Origin: Bigelowiella natans CCMP2755
Taxonomy: Eukaryota; Protista; Cercozoa
Direction: 5' to 3'
NCBI GenBank assembly: GCA_000320545.1
Contig: ADNK01002757.1
Span: forward strand, 1 to 64,000
DNA length: 64,000 nt
This document shows positions 54,842-64,000 of this stretch, in pieces. Below the pieces are notes generated by a model that was given only the letters and a program-made list of their open reading frames with translations, was not told the origin of the DNA and did no database searches. The translations under genes and the position numbers were made by a program. Numbering within the stretch: the first letter of the stretch is position 1; each line of letters opens with the position of its first letter.

Positions 54842-55723
54842 AGGATGCAATTTTAGCTTTGCAGATGCAAACGCAGGAAGGGCAAGGACCAGACCCCCAT
54901 GAACTCCAATCACCATTAAAAGAACCTAAATCAGGATGTTTATTATCTTATAGATGGGCTGCTTGGCGATGAATCAAATAAAAGCTGCAATAATTCTTAA
55001 TATTCTTGATAGATATTCCTTTAAGGTAAAAAGTAGTGCCCTAGTGCTTGTTTAGAGTCGATCAAAACCCTCGAAAATAACTTTGAATCTACCACACATT
55101 TTACAGCAGCAGCATTGGTTTCCTCTTTTTTCGTTTGATGGTGGTGGTGTTGGATTTCTTGTTGTTCTTGTTGTTGTTCTTCTTCCTATTAATACGGATC
55201 ATCATCATATACCTGGACCAAAGTTTTAAAGCCTGACTCTGACAGTGCAACGATACCCATCGGTAAACAAGCTATCATCCAACCAACAACCGGAATGAAC
55301 GAGAAGATAAGAGTGACAAAGGATAGCAGCTCCACACCCGGTAAACCAAGAACCATTAGGCCTGAGTATTATTATTATCACCATATATTATGCTTGCTTG
55401 ATGATGGATGACAATTATTGTTTTACATCATAGGAAGATGGTGAAGGTGATAGTGTTCACAATGAAACCCAACGCTTACGACAATTATCAATCAGAGGAT
55501 ACTACTAGTGCTACTTCTTTTGTTCTCACCATCATCATTATCATCATCATAATCACCAAATACCCATACCTACCTATGGTGGTAAAAATTGTGTTGAACA
55601 CAGCAACCACGAACTGAACCTATTGTGAGTAGTAATCATTTTGATTTATGATTCAAATAGTAACAACTAGATGATGAAGAAAGGAGCAGCGAAGAGAGAG
55701 AGAGAAGATTTCTCAACTCGTGT

Positions 55724-55759
<36 letters not shown>

Positions 55760-55863
55760 CCATTTGATTTCCCATTTTCACCGCAAACATTATTTTCATC
55801 ATCAGCACTCCATGATCATATCAACTGATATTATACTTGCTTGGCGATGATGTGCCTCTTAAA

Positions 55864-55903
<40 letters not shown>

Positions 55904-56569
55904 CATATGGAATATATAATATACTACTTACTTCAAATGCTTGTGATATAAGCCGTCCAAAAGTCCTGACAGCAGGTGCTAATTCATGGTAGATGAATTG
56001 GACCCTAGATCTTGAAGATCCAAGCGATTCCATTCCTGCCAATCGATCGATAACAAACAATAAATAATAATACACAAAGGCATATATTGTAGCAGCCTTA
56101 TTTGTGATTTTTATTCGTTATTTTAATCATTTATGGTAGTAGTAGTAGTAGTAGTAATGGGTTGTTTATAGTTTGTTTGATTCCTTAGTGAGAGACCACC
56201 AGAAGAACAACATATAACATCACCACAGAAGGTGCTACTGTAGCGTATGTACTCGCAGAGGTAATAAATAGCAGTGGTAGTAGTAGTAGTAGGAGGAGGA
56301 GGAGGAGGAGGAGGAGATATAAGCGGTGCTAGTGTTGGCTGACTCTGGATTGTATTGGGAAAATCTCTTCCAAGATATAGTAGTATTAGTAGTAGTATTA
56401 GTAGTAGTAATAACAGGCAGCAGTAGCAGCACCTTTTCTTAGATTTGGATAGTCGTAGACTATTATGGAAGAGAAGACGAAACTTACTACTGATTGGCTC
56501 AGTATCACACTAAGGAGGAGTACAATATTAACAACAAGTCATCATGATCATGTGAACAAAAAAATGAAG

Positions 56570-56605
<36 letters not shown>

Positions 56606-57333
56606 TTTAAAACTGGTTAAATGATAAACCCTCACTTCTCACATCTAAACATTTGAGGAAGATTATGATTTAATGGTAGTGTCATCATCATCATCATCAA
56701 ATCTCATTTCTTTTGTTATAATAAGCATGATAAAGTTGTTATGCTGAGCCTTCTCCTATTACTCATCCCCCCCCGTATTATTACGGCAAAACTTAGCAAA
56801 ACAAGTAGAAACCTCGTGTAGCGAAGTGTCTTCTGTATAGCAGGAATAGCCGTTAGAATTTGTTCCTTCAAAGTCTCTTGGATGTAAGCTAGTGATAAGT
56901 GAAATAAATAGTAAGTAGTACCAGGAATTTGTTATTATCACTTAATTGTGGATGATCGATCACCAAATATCTAGAAAGAAGCAGAAGAAGACAATATTTT
57001 ACATTTATTTTCTTAACGTATATAGTATTATCATTCACAAGTCATCGATCACCTCTCTATGTAGCATTATCATTCACAAGTCATCAACCATCTCTCTCTC
57101 TGTTCTATATTTAATATATCTATTTCTAGTCTTTGCCCTTTAGACAGTACAATATGATGGTTAATGGTATTACTACAACTATTATTACTACTAGCTAATA
57201 TTATCTTGGAGAACGATGACCTGTAAGTCTTTCTCCAACATGATGAAGATGCCGTTTACCTGTCACAGCACTACCTGCAACCCCGCTCATATCCTGAAAT
57301 TATCCAATGCACGTTATCGAATGAAGAAGAACA

Positions 57334-57371
<38 letters not shown>

Positions 57372-58966
57372 ATGATATACCGATGATGTTACTACTGCAA
57401 GCTTTTCCGGATAAACAGAAGCCAAGAAGCTCTCCAACTTTTCAGTGCCATCATTCCCTTTACGTATGTAAATTCTATGTATCAATGCTTGCTTTTGTTG
57501 TAGTATGCTTTGAGTTCGTATATTGGTACTACTGCTACTAATTGTAGTACCGAGAAGCTGTTGGACGCCATTAGCTAAAGCCGCGTATGGATTATCACTC
57601 TGAATGACTTGCATAAAGTATTGACCCTGTCGCATGATACGAGGCACCGCTAATACCTGACATCAGTTACAACACAACACCACCAACACATGAGGAGAGA
57701 GGAGGAAGAGAAGGACAAGCAAACAAACAAAGAAGCAACGATGATATGAACAACAATCATCATCCTGTGCAGCATCATCGTCCACCAACCGTAGCTGTAG
57801 AGATAAGTACGACAACAGATAAAATGTATGTTCCGGCAATGAATTTACGGCTTGCACCAGGAACGCGCATTCTGATGGATATAATAATGATATGTTCAGG
57901 AACACGCATTCTGATGGATATCAATGATGCTGTGTTCAGGAACACGATTCTGATGGATATCAATGATGTGTTACGTAGTACCAATAACAATTAGTAATAT
58001 ATATATATGATAACAATGGTACTACTACCAATCATGTATATCACGATTCACACACACAAACACACACACACACACACACCACATAATTATACCAGGTTAT
58101 TGATAATATTACTATTGCTGACTATATAATATTTCGTATCCTTCACTACTACCAATTCGAGAAAACGACTACAATCACAATAACGCATTCTATGATTAAT
58201 CCAAACGTCGCAGCATACATGATAAAATGGAGGAAATACGTCATCATGATCATGATCCTGCAGGAGGAAGATAGTATGATATATCATTGATAAGTAGCAC
58301 CGAGTTCGTGATTGAATGAAATTTGCCATATTAGAGCACAGGTGGGTCAACCAATCGACTATTGTGTTCCCAATCTAGGAGGCAGGCAGCACAATGATGA
58401 TCATAATAATAATAATATTAATAATAATAAATATAATACTTACATAAAGGGGAGAAAAGGGAGAGTATGCATCATTTATGACTCTAAGACTTTAATGCTG
58501 AATAATTCGCACCGCACATGAGGAGGAGGCATGGCATTATAGGAAACAAGTGCTGGTCCTCTCTATCGATTGTTGTTGTAATGGTAGTTGTATAGTTATG
58601 GTGGTGGTTGGTTGGTGTATGATGTGTGGATCTCTTAATATTATTATTATTTAATTGTTTTTCTTTCTTTCTTTACCAAAACAAGAACAAAGGTTCCTAG
58701 AGCTACTGAAGAGAACTATCCGGTATTGATAGTAGTAGTAGTAGTAGTAGTAGTAGTAGATCAAGGAGGAGAAGGAGGAGAAGGAGGAGGAGGAGTGAGT
58801 TGTATGTAGTAGCAGTGTGTTGTATGTAGTAGCAACGCAACAGCAGCATCATCAAGTTTGGTAGTAGTAGTGGTAAGTATTATTACTGTACTTGTAATAC
58901 TATATAGAATAAACCTGACGAAGACTCACTGCAAGTGCTAGAGCTCCAGCCCATCTATATATACAT

Positions 58967-59014
<48 letters not shown>

Positions 59015-60560
59015 GTGGTCAGGAGGCCATGTAGTTGTTAGTTTTTCTGAGTGTGGTTCATGATGTCGGTTATTGTAGTAAACCATCAACATTCGTAAGA
59101 ATAATGAGAGTATGTAATAGCAGCAGTAGTAGTAGTAGTAGTAGTAGTAATAGTATTTAAAGCAGCAGCAGTTAAACAGGACAACTTACATAGCAATTCT
59201 TCGTAGAGGAGGGATTCCTGATAGATTTATTTTGAATTATAATATCAATCAGAAGAGGACCGTACTTATATAATTGCATCATCAACATGACTCAACGTAA
59301 TTAAGCAACCAAAAATCTTCACTCATAACTAATTAGTCCTTGCTACAATATTATATGACTATTTTTTGGGGTGTATTTGGCGATCGATCAGCGTATCTGG
59401 CATTTATAATATTTGATCTCTAGAACAAGACAGTAAGTGTGTGTATTATTTTCTATATCCCTCTCCTGTTCTCTTCTTTTTGTCCTCTCTTTCATCTATT
59501 ACAACCCATCACAGCTCCAGCTGCAGCTTCAATGCTCTCTACATATCCCATTAACATCTAAATACAAAGAATTATTGTGTTTCTAAAATAAGTGGGGCTA
59601 TCAACAACCAAAGAATTATTGTGTTTCTAAAATAAGTGGGGCTATCAACAACCAAAGAATTATTGTGTTTCTAAAATAAGTGGGGCTATCAACAACCAAA
59701 ATGTACCAATGATGATATTAACTATAGCAAAAGACGACGACGATGATGATGGTGATGAAGATGACGAGTTTGCTCTGGATGTTCTAATTTAGTGTTCTAA
59801 TGTTCAGTATCTTACTTGCTTTGTTGACTTTCTAACTCCTTCGCTTTCATCACCACTTTGTGCTACGGATGCGGCAGCTGAATTTTGGATCTTTGTCCCG
59901 TGCATAAGCGTGAGTGGGCGAAGAAAAGTATTATGAGCGCCGTGATGATTGAGTCTTCTCTGATATCCCACCATTCTTTTCGGAAAGGACGAGTATTCGC
60001 TCAGTTGCTTAGAAAAAGAGGAGGCTGCTGGAATAGACACTGTTCGTGTAGAAGGAGATTTCCACGTATATGGAGTAGTAGTAGTTGTAGCGGTAGTAGT
60101 TGTTGTAGTTGTGGAGAATAACGTTCTTCTAGATTTAGCGGTAGTATCATCGATGAATCGTCGACTTTTGCTTCGCTCTTCAAAGTCACCACCACCATAG
60201 ATGATGCGTCCCCCAGCCAAATTTAAGGAAAATCTCCCACCTTGAGCTTGTTGGAGGCTAGAAGGTACAGCGCCATTTGTAGCAACTCGTGCCTCTGCTG
60301 TATAAGTTATTAATAGGTATAGAGCCAGAAGCAGCAACCTCCCACCACCCTGTTTAGCAGCGATCACATTAGCAGCAGCAGCGGAAAGATGATGATCCAA
60401 GCATATTCATTAGTAGCATCGAAATTTCTAAATAATTTCTTATCAGGTTAACCAAGATAAGGATGGCAGAAAATAGATGCACAGTAAACAGGGGATGATA
60501 ATGCACAGATGGGGCGTTAACTACCCAAACGCAGCGGGAAGTTACGACGGTCCCCACCAT
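54282..60560 (-). CDS. AI-2E (UPF0118/PerM) family transporter with bipartite targeting N-terminus; many exons
   Basis: VPRIMRQGQYF..SDNPY, LMVLGLPGVELLSFVTLIFSFIPVVG and KLKLHP|LAVLVALYLSEHFVG|VQGLFLVIPV match AI-2E. The N-terminus RLLLLALYLLITYTAEA is followed by a long S/T/R-rich segment. Confidence 0.8.
57858..57972. repeat. Intronic imperfect tandem repeat, 3 x ~39 bp
   Basis: CAGGAACRCG(C)ATTCTGATGGATAT... repeated three times. Confidence 0.85.
59565..59700. repeat. Intronic minisatellite, 3 perfect 44-bp copies
   Basis: CAAAGAATTATTGTGTTTCTAAAATAAGTGGGGCTATCAACAAC at 59565, 59609 and 59653. Confidence 0.95.
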
Positions 60561-61741
60561 CCCGTGGCTTAATACGGAGAGTAAGGTGCTGGTAACAACT
60601 CTCGTAAGAAGGTCTTCCCAATCCAGAAGCTCTTCTTTGTAGTGTGAATGGGGAGGGGGGTATCTTCTAGCACTTTGCAGGAGGCAGTTCAGGATGACAT
60701 AATAAGGACCGGTTGTCTACTGCTGCTACTGCACAACAGTACGTGAGTGTGTGTACTTGCACTTTTTCACCTGTTTTAAGGATTTTCCCTTGTCGCTCAA
60801 TTGCAACATCGACGATTCATTCAACAACGAACGAGTTAGCGAGTATACAGAAGGGGTAGTGTCTAATGAGATGTGCTCCTGAAATCAATGCTTGTAGCAG
60901 AAATCACCATTGTACGACCAAAAACAACATCGACAACATCGCGGACTTGTCGTAGATCTAAAATTGGCCAGGGAGGGCACAGATGAGTGTCCCATGATCC
61001 TTGCAACACAGCGCCATTGGAAGCATTCATTTGTTCAGGCCACGTGTGAGCCTTTGTCTTTGTTGACTGACTGTCATTCCCCTCTGTTTGTTGAACCATC
61101 ATTCCTCTTTGTTCATTGTTGTCATTGCTGCTGTTTGTTGAACTGTTGCTTCTCTTCACTTGCCATTTCTTTGTTCGCGTTGTGACCACGCTTGTTGCTC
61201 TTCGTTTGTCATCGTTGCTGCTCGATGTCAACTGACTGTCCTTTGTCCTTGTGCGTTTGTTCATCAGCAATGTCCTCCATCCTCCTTCGCTCGCTCATCA
61301 GCAATGTCCTTCATCGACCATGCGACGCTCGCTTGTCAGCAATGTCCACCACTGGACCACCCTCGTGTTGCACTTTTGCTCACGCACTTGTCTCGTGTGC
61401 AACCATGTTCCGAGTGTGTGTGGCCACGCTGACACGCAGTGATGCTGCACGTTTGCTGCCGCGCTGCGTTGCACCTTTCCAGCTGCTCTCACAATGTCCC
61501 AGCCTCCGCCTTTCGATGGTGGATGCACGGCGACTGTGACACTGCTGTGTGCAACACGCGCCACGTTGTTGTGTCCACCCAAACGTTCGTGTTTCGTCCA
61601 TGTCCAGCCATGCGTCTGTCGCACACACTCGTCGTTCACGTTGTAGTGAAGTTGATGTGACGACGCTCGGTCACACAGTTGGTGTCCGCTCATCGGACAC
61701 AGCCTTCGCTTCCACTGTCCTCTGCTGGCCTTCCCCGCAGC

Positions 61742-62224
61742 ATCGGTGTGCAAGCAAAATCGGTCACTTGACATTGCAAAATCAATTTTGCACCGTGCAA
61801 AATCGGTTTTGCGTGCAAGTTGGTCACAGTGCTGATTGGCACCCCCCCCAATCCCAACCCACACGCGCAGGAACGTGCCTGTGTTCCAGTGTTTGCTCTT
61901 GTCCACCACGCTAGCACGATGAGCTTCCGCTTCTTTCCACACCTTGTTTTTTGGCGTGGAGAGCAGACGTGGTGGACGTGGTCAGTTTGTGTGTTGTTTG
62001 CTTGTGGGGACACGCAACCCCACTTGTGCAGGTTTGATGACTCTGTCAGAGTCGCCCCTTTCAGACCTGGCTTGTGCAGGGCATTTTCACGCACATGTGT
62101 CGGTCAAAAACTTCATTTTTGCACGAAAAATCGGTGATTCACCGATTCTGGTCAAAACATCGATTTTGGACATGCAAAATCCGTTTTTGCAATGTCAAAA
62201 AACCGATTTTGCTTGCACACCGAT
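61742..62224. mobile_element. MITE-like remnant with inverted termini
   Basis: Perfect 23-bp inverted repeat ATCGGTGTGCAAGCAAAATCGGT (61742-61764 / 62202-62224), extending imperfectly to ~70 bp. The AAAATCG(G) motif is repeated. No TSD was identified. Confidence 0.55.
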
Positions 62225-62453
62225 TTTGCTGGAAAGCCCGCTCTGGTGCTGAAACTCTGCAATTTCAGTCACCCGTTCTGCGACCGCTGGGTTGCTCCCA
62301 GCAGCATCATCCGCCGCTTTGCCTTGCGCGCTCTGGCGCTCATGGCAAGTCAATGAAAACAAATCCAAACAAAACAACCCCATTGAAAGTTCAGACTCAG
62401 CGCAACAGCACGCACAAAGCAAGCAAAACGCAGTGAACTCACCGCGTGCCCTG

Positions 62454-63606
62454 GCCGGCTTGCCTGTGGGTCGTTCCTCGGATTTTCAGGAGGCAACAGA
62501 CCCGCAGCCGCTTTTTTGTGGCCAACTCAATTTGTCGGCTGTCACTTTGACAGTGCAATTGTCCCTCTGCGCCGCGCTTGCGCCCGCAACACGTCGCGCA
62601 ATGTCGGACAATCAACGGAAAACATCAACCTTTGATGAACACCATTGAACACCAAACAATCAGCATCAGTGTCAATCCCCATTGACACTGAGGATGCAGG
62701 ATCATCTGCAAAATCACCGGCGCCGTCGCCGGTGTGATTCCTGCCCAGTCTCAACAATTGCGAATGCCAGAACTCCGTCTGAAACATCACCCGATTGGGC
62801 AACACCCCTCTCGACGCTGTCTTGCCTCTCCCCACCTCGCACCGACACCTCCCCAGGGTCGTTGCTTGCTCTTCGTCCTCTTCGCATCTCTGCCTCTGCT
62901 TCCTTTCGGCCCACCGCCGTTTGGTTCAATCACGGAGGAGTGATTGCCGTTCACCAACTGCAATCCCCTCCGTTCACTTCCCTCTCTGTCGGTCTCCTAG
63001 ACTCAATTCGATGCGGAGGCAATCCCCTCCGCTCGCTTCCCTCTGTGTCGATCAAACGGAGGCAATCCCCTCCGTTCAATCCCCTCTCCATTGACCATTT
63101 GTCAATGACAATGATGCACTTGCTGCTCCTGTCGCAGCCCCCTTTGGCAACCAACTTGTTGCCCCCGTGCCATCACGACAACCCCTTGTCGCAATGACGA
63201 CCATCACGACAACCGCTTGTCGCAATGTGATGATGATGATGATGATGACCGCAACGACAACCGCTCGTCGCAAGCCGGTCACGTCCCAAGCGCCCCCCAC
63301 CAACGGGCCGCTGAACAGGCGCCAATGTGGGCGCCAACGCAACGACAATGGCGACAATGGGCGCCCATGAGCGCCACGCCATGTCCGCATGTCCGCCGCA
63401 ACCAGGCGCGACATGTGTGCATGCATGTGTCAGGATGATGTGTGACCACAGACAAATTGAAATGCGAAAAGCAGGTTTCGCAAGGTTTTTCGATCGTGCA
63501 CACTGCGTGCCCCAGCTAGCCAGCCGGCTTGCCTGCGGGTCGTTCCTCGGATTTTCAGGAGGCAACAGACCCGCAGCTGTCGCATTTTTGTTGCCAACTC
63601 AATTTG
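62454..63606 (+). repeat. Dispersed ~80-bp direct repeat (62454-62534 and 63523-63606)
   Basis: Shared core GCCGGCTTGCCTGYGGGTCGTTCCTCGGATTTTCAGGAGGCAACAGACCCGCAGC. Confidence 0.9.
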
Positions 63607-63660
63607 GTGCAAAGTGACAGCAGAAAAACCCTGGGAAGTCTGCTTTTCGCATTTCAATTT
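63454..63660. mobile_element. Short MITE-like element
   Basis: Perfect 21-bp inverted repeat AAATTGAAATGCGAAAAGCAG (63454-63474 / 63640-63660), extending imperfectly to ~38 bp. Confidence 0.5.
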
Positions 63661-64000
63661 TGGTGAGCTCCACTTTGCGAGCCTCACGCACGACAGTTTT
63701 GGCGTTGCAACCGACACGTTCCAGGGTTTTGGGTTGGCGGTGATCACAGCGGCGCGCAAAGCGCCAACACTGGAACAAACTGATGCAAGGCAATGCTCTG
63801 TGTGCGCTCCATCAGGCCACAGCTCCAGAGCTAGCTAGCTGGGCTGAGCGTTGAGCTCAAGTCTGGAAGTGTTGAGATGCTCTCCAGCTCTGTGCAGCGC
63901 GCTGGCGCGACGCTGCCGCTGGAGCAACGAACGCAGAAGTTTGGCAAAGAATCCCATTGGGCTCTGCTGGTCTGATCACAGACGTGTTCGAGCAGTTTGC

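Larger units (their letters stand above)
478..59160. repeat. Abundant, mostly intronic microsatellites: (CA)n, (TA)n, (GA)n, (TAG/CTA)n, (CAT/ATG)n, (GAG/CTC)n, (CAG)n
   Basis: Directly visible, e.g. 542-588, 3568-3656, 7651-7690, 9596-9662, 22538-22654, 44793-44832. Confidence 0.95.
60961..64000. other. TpA-void non-coding island containing transposon-like remnants
   Basis: Hand scan found only 6 TA dinucleotides in ~3040 bp (5 in CTAG, 1 in GTAG). ORFs here are essentially free of Tyr. Confidence 0.9.

Noticed and set aside
360-58521. Many ORFs with poly-CV, YI, SL, HT, L or S runs
   Set aside because: Translations of intronic microsatellites or antisense shadows of real exons.
59565-59700. 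Regularly spaced repeats resembling a CRISPR array
   Set aside because: Head-to-tail identical units with no spacers, inside a eukaryotic intron.
60863-63838. Dense overlapping ORFs in all six frames
   Set aside because: Expected artefact of TpA loss, which removes TAA/TAG stops. They lack Tyr and show no recognisable domain.
60961-64000. Classical RIP or CpG methylation decay as cause of the skew
   Set aside because: RIP would raise TpA, and 5mC decay would deplete CpG. Here TpA is lost and CpG is plentiful.

Overview
Intron-rich eukaryotic nuclear DNA with the standard code and GT-AG introns. Several genes encode a signal peptide plus transit-like peptide, and one encodes an LHCSR/LHCX-type antenna protein, which points to an alga with a complex plastid, most plausibly a chlorarachniophyte (inference). 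I reconstructed about 14 multi-exon genes by hand, almost strictly alternating in strand: OPR-like helical-repeat protein (-), GDP-hexose phosphorylase HIT protein (+), GT-B-fold protein (-), clathrin light chain (+), 14-3-3 (-), GT25 glycosyltransferase (+), glucose-6-phosphate 1-epimerase (-), glyoxalase II (+), START-TM-PX protein (-), low-complexity hypothetical (+), ABCG transporter (+), degenerate Rho-like GTPase (-), LHC (+) and AI-2E transporter (-). Most ORF-track entries are microsatellite artefacts. The strongest signal is non-coding. DNA beyond gene 3' ends and a transposon-remnant block at 60.9-64 kb has lost almost all TpA dinucleotides except in CTAG, while TG/CA are abundant and CpG is retained. 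Tail-to-tail spacers are packed with CTAG/CATG palindromes, whereas introns and head-to-head promoters keep abundant TA. A duplicated 60-bp hairpin shows TA/TG and TA/CA differences directly. This suggests a regional, context-specific A:T->G:C hypermutation process, the reverse of fungal RIP. The pattern is seen in the sequence; the mechanism is inference. Exon borders and counts were made by eye.
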